From: Tubulanus polymorphus
Taxonomy: Eukaryota; Animalia; Nemertea
Length of the DNA: 64,000 bases
Reading direction: 5' to 3'
Assembly (NCBI RefSeq): GCF_964204645.1
Contig: NC_134026.1
Coordinates: forward strand, 23,160,150 to 23,224,149
Both the position numbers and the translations under genes were made by a program. The notes under the pieces are model-generated. The model saw only the letters and a list, made by a program, of their open reading frames with translations, searched no databases and was not told the origin of the DNA. This document shows, piece after piece, positions 1-13,963 of this stretch. Numbering within the stretch: the stretch's first letter is position 1; the number at the start of each line of letters is the position of its first letter.

Positions 1-3000
1 GTACGTTTACACATCCGAGAACAGGAAAACCATATTCTCTCCAAGAAGCAATAGATGCTGGCCTTCTAGATGGCAATGCATCTATCATTCATGATGGAAA
101 TGAATCATTGACATTCATTGAAGCAATGGAAGTGGGCGTTGTTGATGGAATAACAGGCCGTATTATTGATCAAAATACCGGAGAAGTGATAAACCTTAAT
201 ACTGCATTAAAGAAAGGTATTGTTTCAGAAGTGAAACCAGTATCACTTCAGGAATATATTGACAGTGAAATGTTTGATGAGTCCTTGGAACAATTCCTTG
301 ATCCAAGAACTGGACAAGTGATAAGTTTTGCTGAGGCAGTGCGACACGGTATCATTGATGGTGAAGGAACTGTAGTGATTGGACTTGATGGAGAAGAGGT
401 GAAATTATCAGATGCCTTGGAAAAAGGGATGATTGATAAAAAGACAGGTATGATGAAAGATCGATCCACTGGTGAAGCAATTTCGCTCACAGAACTTGAG
501 AATAAAGGTTTAATCAAACCCGTATCAAAAATAACCATTGTTCCAGATGCCATTGGGGAGAAAATAGTGGATTGTGAAATTGACCCGGTTAAACCAAATT
601 CAAAGGAAAGTCCTTGTCAAAAAGTTTCAGGATATGCAAATGGAGAAGAGAGTAAATTTGGTTTATATGATACATCGGTTCAAGCCAGTTCCATCCCTGA
701 AAGTAAAGATGATACACAAGAGGTTGATACAGAGTCCTCCAAATTCAATTTGCAACCTTTGATGGAAACAACAAGTACTGAGTCAAGTAATGTAGATTTC
801 TCAAGTGTGAAAGATAAAGCGAAGGACGTTGGTAGAATGGTTGGATTAGGTTTGCTAGGGGCTACGGCTCTTCCTGCAATCGGTATAGCAGCTGCTGTGA
901 AGAAAGGGCTCGATTATGCAGAGGTTGCAAGTAAAAGCAATATGCCAAATCAAAGCATGGGTGTTGTGAATCTTGAAAGTAAGTTTCCCATTGAGGAAGA
1001 GAATACCAATGATTTTATTAACAACAGAGACAAAAAAGTCTCCCTTCAACAAGCCATTGACGATGGAGGAGTTGATCCCAACGCAGGAAAAGTTGTAGAT
1101 CAAACTAGTGGACACACAATTACATTAGGTGAAGCCATGAAACAAGATTTGATTGTTTCTGATGAAAAGCCTGAAGCGATGACTCTAAATGAAGCTACTG
1201 AGAAGGGAATCTTTAACCCACATACGAATACATTCACTGACCCTAAAACTGGAAATATAATGACACTGGAAGACACTATAAGCAGTGGTTTGATCGATGA
1301 TGAAGAAACAAAAGTAACAACTCCAACAGGCGAGACAATCTCCCTTCAACAGGCTATTGAAGATGGATTGGTTGATCCTAACGCAGGAAAAGTCTTAGAT
1401 CAAACTAGTGGACACACATTAGGTGAAGCGATGAATCAAGATTTGATTGTATCCGATGAAAAGCCTGAAGCGATGACTCTAAATGAAGCTATTGAGAAAG
1501 GAATCTTTTACCCACGTACAAATACATTCACTGATCCTAAAACTGGAAATATAATGACACTGGAAGACGCTATAAGCAGTGGTTTAATCGATGATGAAGA
1601 AACCAAAATCACAACTCCTACAGGTGGAACTATCTCCCTTCAACAGGCTATCGAAAATGGAGTGGTTGATCCTAGTACTGGAAAAGTTGTAGATCAAACT
1701 AGTGGATACACGATTACATTAGGTGAAGCCATGAAACAAGATTTGATTGTATCCGATGAAAAGCCTGCTGCGATGACTTTAAATGAAGCTGCTGAGAAAG
1801 GAATTTTTAACCCACGTACAAATACATTCACTGACCCTAAAACTGGAAATATAATGACACTGGAAGAAGCTATAAGCAGTGGTTTGATCGACGATCAAGA
1901 AACCAAAATCACAACTCCGACAGGTGAAACTATCTCCCTTCAACAGGCTATTGAAGATGGAGTGGTTGATCCTAACACAGGAAAGGTTGTAGATCAAACT
2001 AGCGGACACACAATTACATTAGGTGAAGCCATGAAACAAGATTTGATTGTATCCGATGAAAAGCCTGAAGCGATGACTCTGAATGAAGCTACTAAAAAGG
2101 GAATCTTTGATAAAGAAACAAATAAATTCACTGACCCAAAGACTGGAAAGTTATTGACACTGAAAGTTGCTATAAGCAGTGGTTTGATCAATGACGAAGA
2201 AACCAAAATTACAACTCTAGCAGGAAGAACAATCACTCTCCAACAGGCTGTTGAGGATGGAATGATTGATCCTAGTACTGGACAAGTCTTAGATCAAGCT
2301 AGTGGACACACAATGACATTAGATGAAGCGATGAATCGAGATTTGAGTGTATCCAATGAAAAGCCTGCTGCGATGACTATAAATGAAGCTACTGAGAAAG
2401 GAATCTTTAACCCACATACAAATACATTCACTGATCCTAAAACTGGAAATATAATGACCCTGGAAGACGCTATAGGCAGTGGTTTGATCGATGATGAAAA
2501 AACCAAAGTAACTACTCTAACAGGCGAAACAATCTCCCTTCAACAGGCTATTGAAGATGGATTGGTTGATCCTAGTACTGGAGAAGTCTTAGATCAAACT
2601 AGTGGATACGCAATGACATTAAGTGAAGCGATGAAACATGATTTAATTGTTTCCGATGAAAAGCCTGAAGCGATGACTCTAAATAAAGCTACTGAAAAAG
2701 GAATCTTTAACCCACATACGAATACATTCACTGATCCAAAGACTGGAAAGTTATTGACACTGGAAGTTGCTATAAGCAGTGGTTTGATCAATGATGAAGA
2801 AACCAAAGTAACAACTCCAACAGGCAAAACAATCTCCCTTCAACAGGCTATTGCAGATGGAGTGGTTGATCCTAAGACTGGAAAAGTCTTAGATCAAACT
2901 AGTAGACACACAATTACACTAGATGAAGCCATGAAACAAGATTTGATAGTGTCCAGTGAAAAGCCTGAAGCGACGACCCTTAATGAAGCTACTGAGAAGG

Positions 3001-6000
3001 GAATCTTTAACCCACATACGAATACATTCACTGATCCAAAGACTGGAAAGTTATTGACACTGGAAGTTGCTATAAGCAGTGGTTTGATCAATGATGCAGA
3101 AACCAAAGTAACAACTCCAACAGGCAAAACAATCTTCCTTCAACAGGCTATTGCAGATGGAGTGGTTGATCCTAAGACTGGAAAAGTCGTAGATCAAACT
3201 AGTGGACACACAATTACACTAGGTGAAGCCATGAAACAAGATTTGATAGTGTCCAATGAAAAGCCTGAAGCGATGACCCTTAATGAAGCTACTGAGAAGG
3301 GAATCTTTAACCCACATATGAATACATTCACTGACCCTAAAACTGGAAAAGTATTGACACTGGAAGACGCTATAAATAGTGGTTTGATCGATGATGAAGG
3401 AACCAAAGTAACAACTCCGACAGGTGAAACTGTCATCCTTCAACAAGCTATTGAAGATGGAATAGTTGATCCTAAGACCGGAAAAGTCTTAGATCAAACT
3501 AGTGGACACACAATGACATTAAGTGAAGCCATGAAACAGAATTTGATTGTATCCAATGAAAAGCCTGAAGCGATGACTCTAAATGAAGCTACTGAAAAAG
3601 GAATCTTTAACCCACATACGAATACATTCACTAATCTTAAAACTGGAAATTTAATGACACTGGAAGATGCTATAAGCAGTGGTTTGATCGATGAAGAAGA
3701 AACAAAACTTACAACTCCAACAGGCAAAACAATCTCCCTTCAACAGGCTATTGAAGATGGATTGGTTGATCCTATCACAGGAAAAGTCTTAGATCGAACT
3801 AGTGGACACACAATTACATTAGGTGAAGCGATGAATCAAGATTTGATTGTATCCGATGAAAAGCCTGCTGCGATGACTTTAAATGAAGCTACTGAGAAAG
3901 GAATCTTTAACCCACATACAAATACATTCACTGATCCTAAAACTGGAAATATAATGACACTGGAAGAAGCTATAAGCAGTGGTTTGATCGACGATCAAGA
4001 AACCAAAATCACAACTCCGACAGGTGAAACTATCTCCCTTCAACAGGCTATTGAAGATGGAGTGGTTGATCCTAACACAGGAAAGGTTGTAGATCAAACT
4101 AGCGGACACACAATTACATTAGGTGAAGCCATGAAACAAGATTTGATTGTATCCGATGAAAAGCCTGAAGCGATGACTCTGAATGAAGCTACTGAAAAGG
4201 GAATCTTTGATAAAGAAACAAATAAATTCACTGACCCAAAGACTGGAAAGTTATTGACACTGGGAGTTGCTATAAGCAGTGGTTTGATCAATGACGAAGA
4301 AACCAAAATTACAATTCTAGCAGGAAGAACAATCACTCTCCAACAGGCTATTGAGGATGGAATGATAGATCCTAGTACCGGACAAGTCTTAGATCAAACT
4401 AGTGGACACACAATGACATTAGATGAAGCGATGAATCGAGATTTGATTGTATCCGATGAAAAGCCTGCTGCGATGACTCTAAATGAAGCTACTGAGAAAG
4501 GAATCTTTAACCCACATACAAATACATTCACTGATCCTAAAACTGGAAATATAATGACACTGGAAGATGCTATAAGCAGTGGTTTAATCGATGATGAAGA
4601 AACCAAAATCACAACTCCCACAGGTGAAACAATCCCCCTCCAACAGGCTATTGAAAATGGAGTGGTTGATCCTAGTACTGGAAAAGTTGTAGATCAAACT
4701 AGTGGACATACGATTACATTAGGTGAAGCCATGAAACAAGATTTGATTGTATCTGATGAAAAGCCAGAAGCGATGACTTTAAATGAAGCTACTGAGAAAG
4801 GAATCTTTAACCCACGTACAAATACATTCACTGACCCTAAAACTGGAAACATAATGACACTGGAAGAAGCTTTAAGCAGTGGTTTGATCGATGATGAAGA
4901 AACCAAAATCACAACTCCGACAGGCGAAACAATCTCCTTTCAACAGGCTATTGAAGATGGAATGGTTGATCCTAGTACTGGACAAGTCTTAGATCAAACT
5001 AGTGGACACACAATTAAATTAGGTGAAGCGATGAATCAAGATTTGATTGTATCCGATGAAAAGCCTGCTGCGATGACTCTAAATGAAGCTACTGAGAAAG
5101 GAATCTTTACCCCACATACAAATACATTCACTGACCCTAAAACTGGAAATATAATGACACTGGAAGATGCTATAAGCAGTGGTTTGATCGATGATGATGA
5201 AACCAAAGTAACAACTCCGACAGGTGAAACAATTTCCCTTCAACAAGCTATTGAAGATGGAATGGTTGATCCTACTACTGGAAAAGTCTTAGATCAAACT
5301 TTTGGACACACCACTAAATTAGGTGAAGCCATGAAACAAGATCTCATTGTATCATATGAACAGCCAAAAGCCATGACTCTTGATGAGGCTACTGAGAAGG
5401 GAATCTTTAATGAAGAAACAAATACATTCACTGACCCTCAAACTGGAAAGTCATCGACACTGGAAGAAGCCATAAGCAATGGTTTGATCGATGACAATGA
5501 ACCCAAAGTAACAAGTCCAACAGGAGAAACAACCTCCATTCAACAGGCTAGAAAACATGTACTTGTTGATCCTAAGACTGGAAAAGTCTTAGATCAAACT
5601 AGTGGGCACATAATTACATTAGGTGAAGCCATGAAAGAAGATCTGATTGTATCATGTGAAAAGCCTGACGCCATGACTCTTGATGACGCTACTGAGAAGG
5701 GAATCTTTAACAGAGAAACAAATACATTCACTGACCCTAAAACTGGAAAGTTATTGACACTGCAAGAAGCTATAAGCAGTGGTTTGATAAATGATGAAGA
5801 AACCAAAGCCACAACTCCAACAGGAGAAACAATCTCCCTCCAACAGGCTATTGAAGATGGGGTTGTTGATCCTAACATAGGAAAAATTGTTGATCAAGCT
5901 GGTGGGCCTGCAATTACATTAGGTGAAGCAATGAAACAAGATCTGATTGTATCATGTGAAAAGCCTGAAGCCATGAATCTTAATGAAGCTACTGAAAGGG

Positions 6001-9000
6001 GAATCTTTAACCCACATACAAATACATTCACTGACACTGAAACTGGAAAGTTGCTGACACTTGAAGAAGCTATAAGCAGTGGTTTGATCAATGACAAAGA
6101 AACCAAAGTTACAACTCCAAAAGGAGAAATAATCTCCCTTCAACAGGCTTTTGAAGATGGAGTGGTTGATCCTAAGACTGGAAAAGTCTTAGATCAAACT
6201 AGTGGACACACATTTACATTAGGTGAAGGGATGAATCAAGATCTTATTGTGTCATGTGAAAAGCCTGAAGCGATGACTCTTGATGAGGCTACTGATAAGG
6301 GAATTTTTAACCCACATACAAATACATTCACTGACCTTAATACCGGAAAGTTATTGACACTCGAAGAAGCTATAAGCAGTGGTTTGATCAATGACAAAGA
6401 AACCAAAGTAACAACTCCGACAGGTGAAACAATTTCCCTTCAACAGGCCATAGAAGATGGACTTCTTGATCCTTATACTGGAAAAGTTCTAGATCAAGCT
6501 AGTGGACACACAATTACACCACATGAAGCCATGAAACAAGATATGATGGTATCTGATGAAAGACTCATCACAACATATCCTAAGACATGTTCTGAAAAAG
6601 ATATATCATCATCTGATGAAGCTGTATCTCTTACAGATGCTATTGAGCAAGGATTAATTGATGTAAAAACAGGTCACTTCACTGACCCTGAGTCAAAAAA
6701 GACCATGACATTAAAAGAAGCAGTTGATCTGGGATTAATTGATGTAGCACGTGAAATGGTAAAAGAGGGTGATAATGACAGCTATATAGCTTTAAAAGAT
6801 GCCATCAATTGTGGTCTTGTTGATTTAGAAAAAGGTGAGATCTGGGATGCCAAGGGTGGCAATTTTGTTCCTCTTGTCCATGCATTAGCTGATGGAATCA
6901 TAGCTGATTTTGCAAAACCAGCTCCCAAGCTGCCTAGTGAATCCGATGATGTTATCCTAACCCTTGATGATGCTTTTAGACAAGGACTTTACAATCCTGT
7001 TAATGGAAAAGTAACTGACCCTATGACTGGCCAATGTACATCATTGAGAAAAGCTCTTGAACGAGGTGTTATTGATGTTGATAAGTCACAAGTTCTGGAT
7101 CCAGAGACTGGACGCCCAATATCATTGTTAGATGGTGTTGAGTCTGGTGTTGTTGTACTTGAAACTGGAAAAGTTGTTGATTTCCGTACAGGTGAGGCTG
7201 TGCCACTGTCAGATATGTTGGTTGAAAGGGGAAGATCGCCAACACGCCCTACCTTAACCAGGAAAACATCAAGTGTATTATCGTTAGTGGCTGGTTTACA
7301 TGATCCAGAACATGCCCTTGTCAAGGATACAAGAACAGGCGAAATGATTAATCTAGAAACTGCCATAGAACGGGGAATTGTTGACACAGACAAAAATGAA
7401 TACATTGACCTTACAACAGGGGGAAAACTGCCAATATCAGTGGCCTTAGAAAATGGATTGATTGTTGACACATCTAAAGACATTCCACTCTTAGAAGCCA
7501 TCAATAAAGGACTTTACAATCCAAACAAGGGAATATTTATAGATCCAAAAACTGGACAGGAAATGACATGGAATGAAGTAGTTAATTCGGAATTAATTGA
7601 CACATCCAAGCTACTCGTGCGTGAACCAGGATCAGGGAACCTCCTGCCTTTGGCAGAAGCTGAGAAGCAGGGCTTCCTAATCACAGACAATGGACTTGTT
7701 ACTGATCCATCAACAGGAGAAGTAATTACTCTTGCAGACGCATTTAAACAAGGCTTGCTTATAGATGCATCACAATCAATACCTTTTTCACTTGCTGATG
7801 CAGTGCAGAAAGGTTTGTTAAACACAGACACTGGTCTTCTCACTGAACCAAATACAGGAAAACGCATATCAATGAATGATGCACTTAAAGTTGGATTGCT
7901 GAATGTTGAGGGATCATTTATTAAGGATATCTCAACTAGTGCAGCCATACCACTAGAAAGTGCCATAGCTAGTGGAAGCATTGATATAGAAAATGGTTTA
8001 GTTACTGATATCGCAACTGGTAATACAGTTACTTTTGGCAATGCCCTTAGTAAAGGATTAATTTTTGATCAAGGACAGGCAAAACCTATGGATCTCGAGG
8101 AAGCTGTGAAAAGAGGACTCTATGATTTTGAGACAGGACTTGTAACTGATCCATCTAGCGGGAAACAAATGCCCCTTTTGTATGCCATTAACAAAGGTAT
8201 CATTGACAAGTTTTCTTCCGCTATTATTGACCCTAAAACAGGCACAACATTGAATTTGGAAGAAGCTATTAAATCAGGCTTAGTTGATCCAAGAACAGGT
8301 GAAATTATTGATGTCAAAACAGGAGAAGCGACTGACTTAAGGACAGCCTTCAACAGTGGCCTTGTTGAAACCAAGCCAGACATGACTGTTGATATTGAGA
8401 GAAAGCCATATACTCTTGCTGAATTATTATCTAAGGGTTTGTATGATCCAGACAGCGGTCTCATGAGGGATGAAAGTAGTGGTGATATGATCACTATATT
8501 GGCAGCAATAGAAAAAAATTTGCTTGACCATGAATCAAGTTCTCTTAAAGATCCTGGTTCTGGTCAAACAATAAGTTTACAAGATGCAATTGAGAATGGA
8601 CTTATTGAACCAAACATGGGTGAAATTCGAATCGGCGATCAAATATTTACATTAGATAGAGCTTTTGCACTTGGTTGGGTGCCAGGCTGGTCAGAAGCAC
8701 AGAAGCCTGATCATTTAGACACTGCTTCTATGACGCCATTAATTGAAACACCATCGGAGGCATCTACACCCGAAAGAAAGTCATCAAGGAAAATATCAAA
8801 AGCACCAGTAACTCTTGCTAAAGCAATTGCATCAGGTTCCTTTAATCCAGAAACTGGTATGTTTACTGATCCCCTAAACAATGAGCTAATCAGTCTCCAA
8901 GAGGCGATAAATAGGGGATATCTGTTGGGAACCATTCCTGAAGTCACAGACCCTATCACAGGAGAATCATTATCGCTACAACATGCCATTGATGCTGGGG

Positions 9001-10181
9001 TCATTGATCCATTAACTGGTCAATATGTCAACCCTGGAACGAAAGAAAGAATATCCCTTGGTGATGCATTATCATATGGCTGGATCCAACCACCCTCAAC
9101 TAGAAAAGACATGGTTTCCCCTGCTTCATTGCAAGAATCGCTGTCAGGTGAAAACACACCAGAACGTAAAATATCTACGGCTTTATCTGATAGAAGCAAT
9201 CCTTCAACTGTCGATGAATTCCCTATCACTAAACGGAAGCTTGGAGTGGCAGACTATGGCATGACTCTTTATGAGGCATTAGAAATTGGCCTTTTTGATG
9301 TGGAAAGTGGTACATTTACTGATCCAAGCAATAGTATCAATGTTAATCTCCAGGAAGCAATTGACTGCGGATTACTAAATGCTGAACGGAGCTTTATCCT
9401 AAATCCACTTGATAATCAAGTAGTCACTCTCATAACAGCCATTGAAACTGGACTTGTCGATTCAAATCTGAGCGTACTGATAGATCATTTGACTGGTTCC
9501 CCCATTACACTTGACAAAGCATTACATGATGGATTAATTTTACCACCTGAGAAAAAGACTGATAGCCCCCATGATTTAGTCTTAGCTGAAGCAATTTCAA
9601 ATGGAATGTTCAGTCCAACGACAGGTAAATTCACAGACATTTTCTCAGGAATGGAGTACAGTCTCGAGGAAGCTATTACAGCAGGCTTTATTGATGGTAA
9701 TGTGCCCCAGATAAAGGACTACAAAACTGGAAAATTAATTTCACTCAATAAAGCTGTCAAAAAGGGACTGATAGACCCAAAAACTGGAAAAGCCATTGAT
9801 CTCAAATCTGGCAAAGAGTGTTCTCTTGATAATTCGATATGTGATAGTAGTTCTGGGTTGAATTTTGGTGCTGCTTTAGATAGCACCATTAAAGACGATT
9901 TTAAACCTGCTGAAAATATTGTATTGACTGTTACTCGACCTATTAAATCAAAACCACCAAACACTGAGTTAGATACAGATACAGATAATACCGACCAAAA
10001 GAATAGGTTAAAAGACTATGATCACCTTGATGCAGGGGAAACAGCTAAGCTTTCAGAAAGCCCTCAAGATCCTGATTCAGGGGCCATTCAAACTGGTTCA
10101 GAATTTGACACTGAAGTCAAAAGGCCCGATGGATTCAACTTCAAACCTGAAGACATGGTATCAATTGGGGGAGATATCAAG
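1..10181 (+). CDS. Giant plectin-repeat exon of the spectraplakin (>10.1 kb, start outside window)
   Basis: Frame is open from base 3 ([23 protein letters not shown]) to donor AAG|gtaaaa at 10181/10182. The recurring motif DPxTGxxISLxEAIxxGLID is typical of plectin repeats. Confidence 0.92.
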
Positions 10182-13100
10182 GTAAAATAGATAATAAATA
10201 TCAAATGCCTTGATCCCCAGCCTGCTAGTAAATAGATGTTGTTTATTGTATTATCAGATCCTCATTTACTTTAACCAATTGTAGGTCTGAGAACATCAGA
10301 CATTTTTAAGAACCATTTTTCGTATATGAGGATTTGGAGATGATTCTCAATAAGCTTTTTTACTCCTTATAATCAAGCTTGAGTTTTATTTACTAACCAG
10401 TAATACATTGACCCAACTGTATGAACATATAGCTACGAGTGATTATCACCTAAATAGTCACCCCAAAGTTTACGTTACCTGAGCAAAGGTTAAAGTTGCA
10501 ATGTAGATGGTCTTCCACCTGTGTTGACCTGAGTATCACCTGGGTAAAGTCTCTAATGTAGCTACTTATGTTTCCATTGGAGTGAAAGTATTGTTATGAA
10601 ATGCTTCTATACATTTGGGTTCAGATTTTTAGTTATGTTTTATTCAGTTATATGTTTTATGTGTATCAAATTAAGCGGTAAAGTTGTATTATGCAAAGCC
10701 CCTTAAACCAAAATGTCTTCATAATTCATATCAAACATATGATTGTATCAGACCATTTGCTTCTTGCAAAAAATTAAATATGTTCCCAACTTTAACCGGC
10801 TTAACTAATATTGCGATTTTCTTATAGTCACAATTGTTTTTATTCTCACCATCACTTTGAGGAAAGCTTATCAGTTTTACTACTTGACTTTCTTTCTCAA
10901 AGGTAGTCTAATATCATGAAGATGTCATAATTTTTATGCTGGTTTGCATTAAGAAATATTGTGTGAAACAAAGGAAAAAAACAATTTTGAAAAACCGATT
11001 TAAGAACAAATTTGATTTATTCATCATTTTGCTGGGTTTTTCTAGTGTGTATATGCTGTAGTCCATTCATTCAAGCTGGATATGCTAAACAATTTTTTTG
11101 CTGATTGTGGCAACATTTATAGCTTGTTATTTATTGCTTAGAACATCAACAGTAGGTTTTGTTGAAGACGTGTGTGTCCCTGTTAAAAGTTATCTATCCT
11201 AACTGCAAATGATAGAGATATTATTTGCCCAGTCTGATTGAGGGAACTAGTCTTTTCAAAATGATATTTCTTATTGATGATAAGAGTTTGTTGCAGTCAT
11301 GATAGATCTAAGACTATTCCAGTCATTTGTTAAGTCTATCCAATAAACCAGTATTTGATACCGTGTTTTGACTGAAGTTCAAGAATCATGTCCTATCTGC
11401 AACAGGCATTCCAATTTTTAATCATTAGTTATTAAACATGTGATTTTTGTCCTTGTTCTATCATTATATTGTAATTTATGATTAACTATGGGCATTCATT
11501 ATTTTCATTTCTAATGCTTAGTTTTGCTGCTTTTCATCTCTATATATCATGTTTACCATATATCAGTAATGCTTACTTACGCCTGCTCTACATTAATCAT
11601 GCTTTATTCTTTAATTTTGTATTTTCAGAGAAATTGTGCATGAAATGTAGTTTTTGATGTGATTTTCGTTGTACTAATTTGTTTGATACCTATGTGTTCT
11701 TTATTTCTAATCTAATTGCTTATTAACATGTGTGTTGGTCGATATGTTATTTCAAGTTGTAATTTACCAGTTGTTCTTTGATGATTTGCCTTGCAAATGC
11801 TTCAAATTATATATAGATAATTAAGATAATAATGAGTATTTAACTTGCTTTTGATGAACTTCTTACATGTGATTAAAAATAATAAGGCCATGCTAGAAAT
11901 AATTCAGTTATAGTATTTTTAGCTTCTTTCACATTGTTTTCTTTTTCATCACAGCAGTTTAAATACAGTCCATGGTTAATTAAAAAAGGATATGTGAGTT
12001 CATTGTGCATGAGTCACAACAAATATTCAAGGGTGGTTGGATTTTGAAAATCAACACATTATCTATAATGATTTTTATGAAGTGACCAGTGTCATTTTTC
12101 TATCTCACAATAATTGACGTGTGCAAAATCACTTGGGTTTGGTGAAGTTAATATTTAATGATTGATTTAATCATACATGAATATGTCAAGTCTTCCAACT
12201 ATAAACGAACTTACTTTATATGTTGGTCATGGTTTAAAATGAATAAATCTATAAAATCTCTACTTGTCATTATTGACTTATAATCTAAACCACCTTTTCG
12301 TTATAGATTTTAATTGACTTACCATACTTGGGATGGGTTGTATTTCAATAAACTGCTGCTTAAAAGTTCTTCCATGTATCTTTAAATGTATCTTTGGCAT
12401 ACAAACATTTTTGCTTGATGCCAATAAAATTGTTAGATCATTAATTACTTCTACATTACTTGTTACTGAACTTTATAATGGAAATCTGCTGTAGCACTGA
12501 TATCAGAATCCTGAACTGATCCCATGCACTCATATTTCAGGTAAATGTCAATGACATTTTTGATGACTTGGTGAAAGACCTGGAGACTGAACTGAATTGG
12601 ATATCTCGTATTGAAGGCTCCCTTGCTGGACAGCAACCAATGAGTGAACCAATGGAACAGTTACAGCAACAACTGGAACAACATAGGGTCAGTTTGCTCA
12701 TAATCATGTCATCCACATCTGTGATAATTTTTATGAGCCATATTCCTCCCCATAAATCGTGAAAACTGTCTAGCTCTGGCTTTGGTTTCAGATGTTTGCA
12801 GTTGGACCACAGTTTAAACATGTCCGTTTCCATGATAAACCTCAACACCATCTATTTTAGACCTCTGCACAGCTTTCCTCTATAAAATATATGAATACAT
12901 GATTATTGATATAGCTGCATATACAAACATTGAAACCTACCCTTTTATATCTATGGATTATAACAATTTGTTTTCTTAACTATTTGAGCTGGCATATATG
13001 CATAATAACTACATTCTTTTCTTTCCTGCATTTAAAGCTTTTCTTTTCACAATGTATGTAAAATACCGTTTGAAAAATTATTAGGATTCCAAATATGTAT

Positions 13101-13885
13101 CAAGGTGCTCACATTTATTGTTCTAGTTGCAATATCAATGTAATATTAGGGAATAACATGGGTCTTTTATTGTGACATGATTGCATGCACCTCTAGATTT
13201 ATTCTCGGCTTATTTCTATGTATACGCATGCACACTTTCTTGTGCTAATGCATACATAATGAGGTTAATGTGTCCAGATGTCCAGCAGAAACATATCACA
13301 GGTACGGTGACGTTTCATCATATATCGCTTGCAGAATATTTCTTTGCTAAAAAATTACCTACCGATGTTGTGTTAACTGAAAAATACTTGAAATAAGCAT
13401 GAAGAGGTGTATGCAACTGTGTATTCAATAATGACCAAACCTATGTTATTTGCCTTTTAGATTATTTTCATAAGTGTTATCCTTTACTTTTTTTGTCATT
13501 TCATTCATTTTAGGCACTTGACTTAGATATTCAGGCCCATCGACAACCAATCTTGTCCCTGATTTATCAGACGGATGAGATCCTGCAACATTCGCGTGAA
13601 GATTTGACTGACACTCAAATTAAAATGCTACAGCAGTTCTCTGGTGATCTGAAACGTGGTAATGATCTGATAACAAAGGAAAGTGAAAGTCGACTGAAGC
13701 AGCTGCAAAATGGTTTGGATGAAGGTACAAAATTGATGAATGAACTCAATCGCCTGACCACATGGGAAGATGAATTTGAAAAGAATCTAGAAGAGCTGGA
13801 GCATAGTGCAACAGACCTAGAATTGCTCAAACAACATCTCAGTGATGTGAAGGTAAACATTTAAAGCATATAAAAGATGGCTTGC

Positions 13886-13963
<78 letters not shown>

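Noticed and set aside
1041-6560. Regular repeat array as CRISPR or satellite DNA
   Set aside because: No unique spacers. It is fully in-frame protein-coding sequence in a eukaryotic gene.
248-9964. Many minus-strand ORFs (60-175 aa) opposite the giant exon
   Set aside because: Antisense shadows of the repetitive coding strand. They recur with the 300-bp period and have no independent protein features.
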